Part shown: piece after piece, positions 29,206 to 37,846 of the stretch
How the letters are laid out: each line of letters starts with the position of its first letter
Position numbering within the stretch: position 1 is the first letter of the stretch
NCBI GenBank assembly: GCA_937139155.1
Contig: CAKZPI010000032.1
Coordinates: 44,969-108,968, forward strand
Source: an uncultured Flavobacteriales bacterium
GTDB lineage: Bacteria; Bacteroidota; Bacteroidia; Flavobacteriales; JBLHRE01
Length of the DNA stretch: 64,000 nt
Direction of reading: 5' to 3'
Position numbers and translations under genes: made by a program
The notes under the pieces: generated by a model
The model's input: only the letters and a program-made list of their open reading frames with translations
Databases searched by the model: none
What the model was told of the DNA's origin: nothing

Positions 29206-30221
29206 AGGTCATTCTTTATGATTAATATGGAGGCATCATCCGTGTTTCGAATCTTTTTATGCATTAGATAGGCTGCAATTACTGGACTTTCTTTTCCGTA
29301 AAGTTCAGAAGGGAAGTCTTTGGAGGTTACATTTGAAAGACCATCCGAATGTAAAACTAGGATGGCCCCTTTAGGAAAGGGCAGAATTTGTGGTTTTGGA
29401 AGGTTTTGGTCTTTACCAAAAAGCCCAGATTTACTAATAAGGTGCTTCGGTTTTTCCCCATATTGGTAGATTGCGGCTTGAACATTTCCCATCCCGAAAA
29501 AAGTAAGCTCCTCTTTTTCATGATGGATTTCCCCAAAGCCTAAAACGCCTCCTCTTTTAGCATTGGCTTCCTGAAACATTCCCTCCCAAAGAGACTCTGG
29601 GGAAAGGTTAAAATTTCTTCGAAAATAATTTCCCACGGAAGTGGATGAATCAGCGGCTTCACTTCCATGACCTAACCCATCCATTAATAAGAAATGGGTT
29701 TCCTCCTTTGTTTCTTCAATTCCAGTCCAATCACCAGACGTTTTTTGACCAGGAATCGCAAAATTGATCCAATGGTGGTCGAAATGGCTTAAAGGTTTTT
29801 TAGGTGCGTCTTTGTTTTTTAATTGGGCGTAGAAGCATGTAAAATCACCTGGAATGGAGGCGAAAATAAGTTTAGAGCTAAACCTTTTTATGGCCCCGAG
29901 TCCGCTACCCGAAGACCCACCGGTAGAATAACCATCTTCAAAGCTCTTGGTGAAGTTTTTAATCCCGGGTCCCTGATCGTAGGCCATGATTTCTATAAAA
30001 CCTGAAAGGCCTGAAAACCTGAAAATAATTTCCCCGCCTCCTGCGTACTTTACTAGGTTACTTCCTAGTTCAGTAATAACAAGTTTGGCTTCGGCTAGGG
30101 TAAGAGGTGTGAAATATGGTAAGTCTTTAAACCCATCGATTTCCCTTCTGGCTACTCCCACATCTGTTTGAGCCTTTATCTTAAACCGGAGGAAATTATG
30201 TGGCAAGGTAAATTTCACCAT
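29202..30221 (-). CDS. RsbT/RsbW-like GHKL domain fused to a PP2C (SpoIIE-type) phosphatase; sits in the RsbX position
   Basis: N-terminal 'ELGSNLVKYAGGG', 'DQGPGI' and 'GSGLGAIKR'. C-terminal PP2C motifs 'LMDGLGHG' and 'VLHSDGL'. ATGA overlap with the downstream gene. Confidence 0.8.
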   Translation of the reverse strand: MVKFTLPHNFLRFKIKAQTDVGVARREIDGFKDLPYFTPLTLAEAKLVITELGSNLVKYAGGGEIIFRFSGLSGFIEIMAYDQGPGIKNFTKSFEDGYSTGGSSGSGLGAIKRFSSKLIFASIPGDFTCFYAQLKNKDAPKKPLSHFDHHWINFAIPGQKTSGDWTGIEETKEETHFLLMDGLGHGSEAADSSTSVGNYFRRNFNLSPESLWEGMFQEANAKRGGVLGFGEIHHEKEELTFFGMGNVQAAIYQYGEKPKHLISKSGLFGKDQNLPKPQILPFPKGAILVLHSDGLSNVTSKDFPSELYGKESPVIAAYLMHKKIRNTDDASILIIKNDL

Positions 30222-30622
30222 TGAGCAATTCTAATTTCTGTTCCATTTCGGCATTCAAGAACTTCAAATTCAGCACAAAGCCTTTTCGCTCCTGGAAGAC
30301 CTAGGCCTAAACTACCCCCGGTTGAAAAACCATCTTTTAAGGCAGATTCAATTTCTGCAATTCCGGGTCCTTGATCCTTGAAAGTTGCCTGAATTTTACC
30401 CTTGCCTTTAGGGCCTATAGATTCCGAAAAAACCACAGTTCCAGAGCCTGCATGGTTGAGCATATTTCTACCCAATTCACTCACGGCAGTTATGAACTTT
30501 GTAATGGCCAATGGGCCTAAACCAAGTTTTTTAGAGAGTTCTTTTGCTTGCCTTCTGGCCTCTGCTAGGTCGCGTTCAGTATTAATTTCCTGAAAGATTT
30601 CCTCCATGGCTTGGGTCTTCAT
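30215..30622 (-). CDS. rsbT: RsbT-like serine/threonine kinase (stressosome switch kinase)
   Basis: Alignable by eye to B. subtilis RsbT: 'ITAVSELGRNML.HAG', 'DQGPGI', 'DGFSTGGSLGLGLPGAKRL' and 'GTEI...W'. Confidence 0.85.
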   Translation of the reverse strand: MKTQAMEEIFQEINTERDLAEARRQAKELSKKLGLGPLAITKFITAVSELGRNMLNHAGSGTVVFSESIGPKGKGKIQATFKDQGPGIAEIESALKDGFSTGGSLGLGLPGAKRLCAEFEVLECRNGTEIRIAQW

Positions 30623-31007
30623 CTAAGTCAATGTCTTCTTGGGCAGCCTCCGAATTAATTTCGTCTTGCAGCAGCTTCATCCCAAGGTTCATGTTTATGG
30701 CGGTTTGAATGTTTTTCAATTCCATTCCAAGCTCAACAAGGGTAATAGCTACAGCTGGCTGCATACCAACAACTACAGTTTTTGCCCCCATAATTTTACT
30801 TACTTCAGAAACCATTCCTAAGACCCTTCCAATGTAGGTGTCTACCATGTCAAGGGCCGAAATATCTATAAGCACTCCTTTTGCGGAGGATTTGCTCAGC
30901 CTATTGCCCATTTCTTCTTGGAACTGGTTTGCAACCGTATCATAAATGTCTCCTTGAAGGCTTACAACGAGAATTTCATTGAATTCTAATATGGGTATTC
31001 TCTCCAT
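30582..31007 (-). CDS. rsbS: RsbS-like single STAS-domain stressosome scaffold protein
   Basis: 'IPIL......LVVSLQ', 'VLIDISALDMVDTYI' and 'MGAKTVVVGMQPAVAITLVELG' closely parallel B. subtilis RsbS. Thr57 sits at the position of the phospho-acceptor Ser59. Confidence 0.9.
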   Translation of the reverse strand: MERIPILEFNEILVVSLQGDIYDTVANQFQEEMGNRLSKSSAKGVLIDISALDMVDTYIGRVLGMVSEVSKIMGAKTVVVGMQPAVAITLVELGMELKNIQTAINMNLGMKLLQDEINSEAAQEDIDLDEDPSHGGNLSGN

Positions 31008-31008
31008 T

Positions 31009-31881
31009 TTACTGGGTCTTTTTAGCCACTACTTCAAGGCCAAGGTTATTGAGGGCTGTGTGAAGGGCATCGGCCATAGATGCCTTGGTTTGGCTATGCT
31101 CATCAAGAGAAACTCCAAGCCCAACCATGGTAGTGGCAATTTCAGGGCGGATTCCAGAGATGATGCATTTTCCACCCATAAGGCGTATGGCAGAAGTGGT
31201 TTTAATGATGTGCTGAGCGGTCATGGTATCAACCGTTGGAACCCCAGAAATGTCGATGATTACATTTCGGTATCCTGTTTCAACAATTTCTTGAAGGATG
31301 TTTTCCATGAGTTGTTGAGCACGCATTGAGTCTAAGGTTCCAACAATGGGAAGGGTTAAAATCCCGTTCCAAACCTTGATTACGGGGGTAGACAACTCCA
31401 TGATTTCAGACTGCTGAGCCCGAATAATTTCATCTCGTTCCTGAACAAAAGACTCAACCACCATTATGCTAAGTTCCTCGGCCAGTTTATTAAAACCCAT
31501 CATGTCTTCTTGGTAGGGCTCGGTTTCTTCCGGTTTATGCTTTTCCCCAACCACAATGAAAAAAGCGAGTCGCCAGCCCAGTACATATCGGGCGGTGTCT
31601 CCTGGGCTAAACCCTTGAACCACCCTTTTCTTTGCGAAGTCTTGAACAATTTGTTCAAGTTGGCTGGATTCATTTCCAATGATTTTTTGAAAGGAGTTCA
31701 CCGAACTTATATCTTCCAAAACGGCATCATAAAATGCCCCACATTCTTCAATAAAGTCATCCTTCCGCCTACCGAGCTTCCCTTGGTGCAACTCCAATTG
31801 CTCCTGGGTCCACTTTTCTAAAATTTCAGAACGGTAATCTTCCAAATACTTTACAACGATATTCTTTTTTTTAGCGCACAT
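31009..31881 (-). CDS. rsbR: RsbR-like stressosome sensor: N-terminal RsbR-type (globin-fold-like) domain plus C-terminal STAS
   Basis: STAS motifs 'LTLPIVGTLDSMRAQ' and 'IIDISGVPTVDTMTAQHII'. Ser185/Thr219 are 34 residues apart, the same spacing as RsbRA Thr171/Thr205. Confidence 0.85.
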   Translation of the reverse strand: MCAKKKNIVVKYLEDYRSEILEKWTQEQLELHQGKLGRRKDDFIEECGAFYDAVLEDISSVNSFQKIIGNESSQLEQIVQDFAKKRVVQGFSPGDTARYVLGWRLAFFIVVGEKHKPEETEPYQEDMMGFNKLAEELSIMVVESFVQERDEIIRAQQSEIMELSTPVIKVWNGILTLPIVGTLDSMRAQQLMENILQEIVETGYRNVIIDISGVPTVDTMTAQHIIKTTSAIRLMGGKCIISGIRPEIATTMVGLGVSLDEHSQTKASMADALHTALNNLGLEVVAKKTQ

Positions 31882-31955
31882 GGTACTGATGTTTTAGAAG
31901 GGTAAGGTAGAAAATTAAATCAACCAATGGTTGAATGACCCTTCGGATTGGAAAC

Positions 31956-31990
31956 AAAAAAAAGGCAAACCTGATTAGGCCTGCCTTTTT
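31956..31990 (-). terminator. Intrinsic terminator between tRNA-Pro and the rsbR operon (symmetrical, possibly bidirectional)
   Basis: Hairpin GGCAAACCT/AGGCCTGCC (7 of 9 positions pair; two adjacent internal mismatches) flanked by A8 and T5. Read on the minus strand it is followed by T8. Confidence 0.65.
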
Positions 31991-31994
31991 GAAG

Positions 31995-32067
31995 TCGAGG
32001 TGACAGGACTTGAACCTGCGACCCCACGCCCCCCAGACGTGTACTCTACCAACTGAGCTACACCTCG
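31995..32067 (-). tRNA. tRNA-Pro (anticodon GGG)
   Basis: Hand-folded cloverleaf: acceptor CGAGGTG/CACCTCG, D-arm GCTC-AGTTGGTA-GAGT, anticodon arm CACGT-CTGGGGG-GCGTG, T-arm GCAGG-TTCAAGT-CCTGT, discriminator A. No encoded CCA. Confidence 0.9.
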
Positions 32068-32130
32068 ATGGTGTGAATTTTTAACCAAATTCTTCCTAAA
32101 AACCTTTAGGATCCTTGGTTAAATGGGGTG

Positions 32131-32138
32131 CAAATTTA
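32131..32138 (-). promoter_or_regulatory. Candidate -7 promoter box (TAAATTTG on the minus strand) for tRNA-Pro
   Basis: The reverse complement of CAAATTTA is TAAATTTG, followed by CACC. It lies about 65 nt upstream of the tRNA 5' end. Confidence 0.4.
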
Positions 32139-32208
32139 AGATTATATTGGTAAAATCAAGTCGATATTCTCGAAATCTGCCTACCTTGGGCCAAGGTTTT
32201 TAAACGAT

Positions 32209-34557
32209 ATGAAATACATCCTTGTCTTTCTTCTTTTCCCCCTGTCTTTATTGGCTCAAAAAGTGACGGTTTCCGGTTATGTAACCGATGCAACCTCAGG
32301 GGAAAGCTTAATTGGTGCCAATGTATTTTTACCAGGACTTGCCAAAGGAACGGCCACCAATGCCTATGGGTTTTACTCTCTGAGCATTCCGGCTGGAAAG
32401 CATGAATTGATTTGCAGCTTTATTGGCTTTCAGGAAATGAAAACTCCGTTGCTCCTGAAAAAAGACACCACATTAAATTTCAAATTAACACCTGCCTCGG
32501 AGGTTATTGATGAGGTGGTTGTAACCGATATCATACAGGATGAAAATGTTAGCTCTACAGAGGTAAGCACCATTGAACTTGAAGTGAATCAGGTAAAGGA
32601 GCTACCGGCCATTTTTGGGGAAGTTGATATTTTAAAAGCCATTCAACTCCTTCCCGGGGTTCAATCGGCCGGAGAAGGTTCTGCCGGATTTTACGTGCGT
32701 GGGGGAGGTCCTGACCAAAACCTCATTCTTCTGGATGAAGCTGTGGTTTACAATGCGAGTCATTTGCTTGGGTTTTTCTCGGTGTTCAATGCAGATGCCA
32801 TTAAGAATGTTGAGCTGATCAAAGGAGGAATGCCCGCCAAGTATGGTGGACGGTTAAGTTCTGTACTAGATATATCTATGCGCGATGGCAACAATCAAAA
32901 GCATGAGTTTTCTGGAGGAATTGGATTGATTTCCTCCCGGGCTACCGCTGAGGGTCCGCTTCTCAAAGAAAAATCATCCTATATCGTTTCAGCCCGAAGA
33001 ACATATATAGATGCTTTGCTGAAACCGGTTCTAGACCGGAACCCTGATTTGCAAGGGAATTCTTATTATTTCTACGATTTAAATGCCAAGGTTAATTATC
33101 GAATTTCCGACAAAGACCGGATTTTTTTAAGCGGTTATTTTGGAAGAGACCGATTTAGCTTTAAAAGTCCAGATTCAGATTTTCAAGTGGCTGTACCCTG
33201 GGGCAATGCCACGGCATCCCTTCGATGGAACCACCTGATCAACTCGCGGCTTTTTGTGAATACCACCGCAGTTTTTAGCGATTATCAATTTGAATTCAAT
33301 GCCTTTCAAGATGATTTTTCAATTGGCCTATTCTCGGGAATTACAGATTATAATTTCAAGTCCGACTTTACCTACATCCCAAATACCAAACATCAAATTG
33401 ATTTTGGGATAAATTATACTTGGCATGTTTTCATTCCTTCAAACGTTACGGCCAATTTAGGAGGAACGGAAGTCAATGTTGGGAAGGTTGTGAAATACCG
33501 GGCCCATGAATTTGCTGGTTACCTTCAAGATGAATGGGAAATAAATCCCTTGTTCAAAGTAAATATTGGCCTCCGCTATTCTGGCTTTGCCCAGGTGGGT
33601 CCGTTTACCCGGTTCAATTACGACGATCAAGACGTTCTTATTGATAGCGTGAATTACGCCAGGGGTGAAAGGATAAAGTACTACGGAGGACTTGAACCTC
33701 GGATGACCTTACGGTACCAAATCAATGACGTGTCAAGTCTAAAAGCGGCGTTCACCAAGAATTTTCAATACGTTCATCTGGCCTCCATTTCAAGTCTTGC
33801 CTTGCCCACCGATGTTTGGGTGCCAAGTTCAGATGTTGTGGCTCCACAAATTGGTTACCAAGGAGCTCTGGGTTATTTCCGGAATTTCAAAGACAATACT
33901 TACGAAGCCTCCGTTGAGGTTTATTACAAATCCTTGGATAATTTAATTGAGTACAAGGAGTACGAATCTCCAGGACCCTCATCCGAAGATAATCCAGATA
34001 ATGCTTTTACTTTCGGTACTGGCGAGAGTTATGGAATTGAATTATTTTTTAAGAAAAGACTTGGCAAAGCCACCGGTTGGGTGGGTTATACCCTGAGTAA
34101 AACCACCCGTACTTTTGAGGCATTGAACGGAGGTGAGCCCTTTGTGGCCAAATACGATCGGGTGCATGACGTTTCTGCTACCTTAAATTATAAGGCCTTT
34201 AAAAACTGGACCTTTGGAGCCGTTTATGTTTTTGCTACCGGAAACGCCATTACCCTGCCTGAGAGCAGATATTTTATCAACGGTGAAATGGTGGTTGAGT
34301 ATGGTAAACGGAATTCATACCGAATTGGGTACTACCAGAGGTTTGACCTTGCCGCTACGTATAAAAATCTAAAAAAGGATAAGAAGTTTGAGTCAAGCTG
34401 GACCTTTGCCATTTACAATGTTTTCAACCGTAAAAACCCATATTTCATTTATTTTGATTCAGACGGTGACTTATCTGAAGGAAGCTTTACAACTTCTGCT
34501 CAGCAAGTTTCCCTTTTTCCCATTTTGCCCTCAGTAACCTGGAATTTTAGTTTCTAA
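32209..34557 (+). CDS. TonB-dependent receptor with an N-terminal carboxypeptidase-regulatory-like domain
   Basis: Signal peptide; 'VSGYVTDA.SGE.LIGANV' CarbopepD_reg-like domain; plug motifs 'LPG....G......VRGG..DQN...LDE'; C-terminal aromatic residue 'WNFSF'. Confidence 0.85.
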   Translation: MKYILVFLLFPLSLLAQKVTVSGYVTDATSGESLIGANVFLPGLAKGTATNAYGFYSLSIPAGKHELICSFIGFQEMKTPLLLKKDTTLNFKLTPASEVIDEVVVTDIIQDENVSSTEVSTIELEVNQVKELPAIFGEVDILKAIQLLPGVQSAGEGSAGFYVRGGGPDQNLILLDEAVVYNASHLLGFFSVFNADAIKNVELIKGGMPAKYGGRLSSVLDISMRDGNNQKHEFSGGIGLISSRATAEGPLLKEKSSYIVSARRTYIDALLKPVLDRNPDLQGNSYYFYDLNAKVNYRISDKDRIFLSGYFGRDRFSFKSPDSDFQVAVPWGNATASLRWNHLINSRLFVNTTAVFSDYQFEFNAFQDDFSIGLFSGITDYNFKSDFTYIPNTKHQIDFGINYTWHVFIPSNVTANLGGTEVNVGKVVKYRAHEFAGYLQDEWEINPLFKVNIGLRYSGFAQVGPFTRFNYDDQDVLIDSVNYARGERIKYYGGLEPRMTLRYQINDVSSLKAAFTKNFQYVHLASISSLALPTDVWVPSSDVVAPQIGYQGALGYFRNFKDNTYEASVEVYYKSLDNLIEYKEYESPGPSSEDNPDNAFTFGTGESYGIELFFKKRLGKATGWVGYTLSKTTRTFEALNGGEPFVAKYDRVHDVSATLNYKAFKNWTFGAVYVFATGNAITLPESRYFINGEMVVEYGKRNSYRIGYYQRFDLAATYKNLKKDKKFESSWTFAIYNVFNRKNPYFIYFDSDGDLSEGSFTTSAQQVSLFPILPSVTWNFSF

Positions 34558-35399
34558 TGAGAAGAGTATTCAGCCTTGTCTTTCTTTTTTCGGCCTTAGC
34601 CTGCACCCAGGAAATAAACATACCCTTGCCTGATTCTAAAGATCAGGTGGTGATTGAATCTTGGATTGAAAATGGAAGCCCCGCCAAGGTTATTGTAACC
34701 CGTTCTGCAGGATTCTTCGAGCCAATTTATGCAGATTCCATTCAAAATTATGTGGTTTTAAATGCCCAGGTGACCCTAAGTGATGGGGTGAATTCAGAGC
34801 TGTTAAGCCTTCAGATTGATGAAAGTGTTTTCCCGCCTTTTCTATATGTCTCCTCTACCATGCTCGGAGAGGTAGGCAAAACTTATGAATTAGAGGTGGT
34901 TGCAGATGAGGATACCCTTCGTGCTACCACCCAAATCCTCGACCCCATTCGTCCCGACAGCCTTTGGTTTGAATTGGAAGAAGGCGAGGATAGCTTAGGC
35001 TACCTAAAGGCCTTGGTAACCGACCCGGACACCCCTGGAAACCGTTACAGATTTTTCTCGAAAAGGTTAGGAAGAGATTTAATTTACTATCCTATTATCG
35101 GTGACTTAAGAGAGGATGTTTTGGTGAATGGGTTGAGTTTTGAAACCTTCTTTTATAGGGGTAATGCCCCATCTGATTCTACCGGTGAAGAATCCGCTTA
35201 TTTTAGATTAGGAGATACCATTGTGCTTAAAACCACACACATAGACTTTGACCATTATAAGTTCTGGGAGTCAATTGACAATAACTCAGGAGGGAATCCT
35301 TTTAGTTCTCCAGGCAATGTTAGGAGCAATGTTTCTGGGGGATTCGGAATATGGGGAGGATATGCCGCCGAATATGATACGGTTATAGCCATTCCGTAA
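34557..35399 (+). CDS. DUF4249-like lipoprotein, partner of the TonB-dependent receptor
   Basis: Lipobox 'FSALAC'. TAATG overlap with the receptor gene. This pairing is typical in Bacteroidota. Confidence 0.6.
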   Translation: MRRVFSLVFLFSALACTQEINIPLPDSKDQVVIESWIENGSPAKVIVTRSAGFFEPIYADSIQNYVVLNAQVTLSDGVNSELLSLQIDESVFPPFLYVSSTMLGEVGKTYELEVVADEDTLRATTQILDPIRPDSLWFELEEGEDSLGYLKALVTDPDTPGNRYRFFSKRLGRDLIYYPIIGDLREDVLVNGLSFETFFYRGNAPSDSTGEESAYFRLGDTIVLKTTHIDFDHYKFWESIDNNSGGNPFSSPGNVRSNVSGGFGIWGGYAAEYDTVIAIP

Positions 35400-35410
35400 T
35401 ATGGTTTTCT

Positions 35411-35418
35411 TAATTTTG
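35411..35418 (+). promoter_or_regulatory. Candidate -7 promoter box (TAATTTTG) for trxB
   Basis: Exact TAnnTTTG match 27 nt upstream of the ATG at 35445. Confidence 0.4.
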
Positions 35419-35444
35419 CAAGCCAATTTTAGAATTAGAAGAAA

Positions 35445-36395
35445 ATGGAACATGTAAAATGTTTGATCATAGGCTCGGGCCCTGCAGGATATACCGCAGC
35501 AATCTACGCCGCCCGTGCTGATTTAAGTCCGGTTATGTACACAGGTATGGAGCCTGGCGGACAACTTACTCAAACCACCGAGGTTGAGAACTACCCGGGT
35601 TATCCTGACGGAGTTCAAGGTCCGGCCATGATGGAAGACTTTAAGAAACAAGCTGAACGTTTCGGTACCGATGTTCGTTTTGGTTATGCATCTTCGGTGA
35701 ATTTTTCAAAAGATGGCTCTGAACCCCACCAAGTAACCTTTGATGAATCGGTAACTGTTTCTGCGGATACGGTAATTATTTCTACCGGAGCCTCCGCCAA
35801 GTGGCTAGGTCTGGAAAGCGAGAAAAGACTTAACGGTCATGGGGTTTCAGCCTGTGCTGTTTGCGATGGATTTTTCTTCAAAAACCAAGAAGTGGTAATT
35901 GTAGGAGCAGGAGATACTGCCTGTGAAGAGGCCTCTTATTTGGCAAAGCTTTGTACCAAAGTTACCATGTTGGTGCGTAGAGAGGAGTTTAGAGCTTCTA
36001 AAGCCATGCAACACCGTGTTGAAAATACCAAGAACATTGAAATTCTTTACAATACAGAAACCAAAGAGGTTCTTGGAGAGAAGGCCGTAGAAGGGGTTAA
36101 AGTATTTAACAATCAAACCGGAGAAGAGAAGGTGATTCCTGCTACTGGCTTCTTTGTGGCCATAGGTCATAAACCCAATACTGATCTTTTTAAAGGTGTA
36201 TTGCCCATGGATGAGGTTGGCTACTTGAAAGTTGAAGAACCAAGCTCTAGAACAGGCATTCCAGGGGTGTTTGCTTCAGGAGATGTCATGGATTCAATTT
36301 ACCGTCAGGCCGTAACAGCCGCCGGAACGGGTTGTAGAGCAGCGCTTGATGCGGAAAGGTACTTAGCCGCAAAAGAAACGGCGGTTGAGGCTTAA
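35445..36395 (+). CDS. trxB: Thioredoxin-disulfide reductase
   Basis: FAD motif 'IIGSGPAGYTAA', redox-active 'CAVCDG' and NADPH motif 'VVGAGDTACEEA'. Confidence 0.9.
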   Translation: MEHVKCLIIGSGPAGYTAAIYAARADLSPVMYTGMEPGGQLTQTTEVENYPGYPDGVQGPAMMEDFKKQAERFGTDVRFGYASSVNFSKDGSEPHQVTFDESVTVSADTVIISTGASAKWLGLESEKRLNGHGVSACAVCDGFFFKNQEVVIVGAGDTACEEASYLAKLCTKVTMLVRREEFRASKAMQHRVENTKNIEILYNTETKEVLGEKAVEGVKVFNNQTGEEKVIPATGFFVAIGHKPNTDLFKGVLPMDEVGYLKVEEPSSRTGIPGVFASGDVMDSIYRQAVTAAGTGCRAALDAERYLAAKETAVEA

Positions 36396-36421
36396 TGCCA
36401 GCCCTCTAATAAATTTGAAAA

Positions 36422-36447
36422 GCCACTCCAATCGGGGTGGTTTTTTG
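36422..36447 (+). terminator. Intrinsic terminator after trxB
   Basis: 8-bp stem GCCACTCC/GGGGTGGT (two G-U pairs), AATC loop, then T6. Confidence 0.7.
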
Positions 36448-36564
36448 CTTTTATCAAAATTTATTGAGTCAAGAGTTTTCCTTTACTTTGAGAGGTGATG
36501 ATTTCCTGCACCCTTTCTAGGCCGGATTTCGTACTTAATTAAAACGCTAACAAAATTTATAGGC

Positions 36565-37035
36565 ATGTCAACAAATCGTATCGGAATTGATTCCGCGAAA
36601 GCTGAAAAACTTGCGGAAGAACTAAACTCCTTACTCTCAACCTATCAAGTTCATTATCAAAATCTCAGAGGTTTTCATTGGAACATAAAAGGAAACCAAT
36701 TTTTTGAACTTCACCTTAAGTTTGAAGAGCTCTACAACGATGCCCAAGTTAAAATTGACGAAATCGCCGAAAGGATTCTAACCTTGGGCCATAGACCCTT
36801 ACATTCCTTTAGTGCTTATTTAGACGCATCCAAGGTAAAACCAGTTATGGACCTTAGCGATGGACAGCAAACCATAGAAACGGTCTTGGCTGACTTGAAG
36901 GTGATTCTTCAAATAGAAAGAGGAATGCTTGAACTTGCGTCCGAAGCTGAAGATGAGGGAACCCTAACCCTGGTTACCGATTACATCACCCAGCAAGAAA
37001 AGCTAATTTGGATGCTTTCTTCATACCTAGGTTAA
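36565..37035 (+). CDS. dps: Dps-family DNA-protection/ferritin-like protein
   Basis: 'LN.LL......Y.NLRGFHWN..G..F..LH..FEE.Y' ferroxidase-site pattern. Confidence 0.85.
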   Translation: MSTNRIGIDSAKAEKLAEELNSLLSTYQVHYQNLRGFHWNIKGNQFFELHLKFEELYNDAQVKIDEIAERILTLGHRPLHSFSAYLDASKVKPVMDLSDGQQTIETVLADLKVILQIERGMLELASEAEDEGTLTLVTDYITQQEKLIWMLSSYLG

Positions 37036-37036
37036 G

Positions 37037-37846
37037 GTGGAGTTGATTACCATACTTGCATTTATAGCCGCCATTCTTATTGGGGTTTCTTTGGGCCTCA
37101 TTGGAAGTGGCGGCAGTATTTTAACCGTACCCGTTCTGGTTTATATTCTGGGCATTGACGCAGTTTCCGCTACAGGATACTCCTTGTTTATTGTTGGGGT
37201 CTCAGCACTTTTGGGGGCCTATCGATATTTTAGGAGGCAAGAACTGGATTTGAAATTTGTTTTCCTTTTCGGCATTCCTAGTATAATAGCTGTTTACTTT
37301 ACCCGGGCCTGGCTGGTTCCGGTTTTGCCCGATGAATTGTTTGAAATAGGAGCTAAGGTGATTACCAAGTCTACCTTTCTACTGCTTCTTTTCGCCGTTC
37401 TTATGTTGGTGGCAGCCTATTCCATGATTCGCAAGAGCTCTGGAAAGACTCAGGATAAAATGGAAAAGGTATCAAAACCTTGGTCTTGGATCATTGTACT
37501 ACTAGAAGGTCTTTTTGTTGGGGTTCTTACCGGAATGGTTGGAGCTGGAGGTGGATTTTTAATCATCCCAGTTTTGGTATTGGTAACCGGCTTGCCCATG
37601 AAAAAGGCCATAGGTACCAGTTTGGCCATTGTTGCCCTCAAATCTTTGATAGGGTTTTCAGGAGACATGGTGAATTTAGAAATAGACTGGCCTATGTTGA
37701 TGTCTTTTACCGGGTTCTCAGTTTTGGGAATCTTTGTAGGGGGACATTTCTCTAAACGGGTTTCAGGTGAGAAGCTAAAACCTGCCTTCGGGATTTTCAT
37801 CCTGGTTATGGGACTATTTATCTTAACTCGTGAATTGTTTTTATAA
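37037..37846 (+). CDS. TauE/SafE-family (sulfite exporter-like) membrane protein
   Basis: GTG start 1 nt after the dps stop. Eight hydrophobic helices with duplicated 'G.GGS/GF...P.L' motifs. Confidence 0.75.
   Translation: MELITILAFIAAILIGVSLGLIGSGGSILTVPVLVYILGIDAVSATGYSLFIVGVSALLGAYRYFRRQELDLKFVFLFGIPSIIAVYFTRAWLVPVLPDELFEIGAKVITKSTFLLLLFAVLMLVAAYSMIRKSSGKTQDKMEKVSKPWSWIIVLLEGLFVGVLTGMVGAGGGFLIIPVLVLVTGLPMKKAIGTSLAIVALKSLIGFSGDMVNLEIDWPMLMSFTGFSVLGIFVGGHFSKRVSGEKLKPAFGIFILVMGLFILTRELFL

Noticed and set aside
30979-31329. 116-aa plus-strand ORF inside the stressosome locus. Similar internal ORFs include 28714-28930, 29823-30171, 30402-30593 and 31510-31821.
   Set aside because: They are antisense to strongly supported rsbR/S/T-like genes. 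They have no motifs, and their composition is typical of reverse-frame artefacts.
32069-32208. Looked for a cobalamin or other riboswitch upstream of the TonB-dependent receptor
   Set aside because: No B12-box-like sequence was seen. The spacer is better explained by the minus-strand tRNA-Pro promoter.
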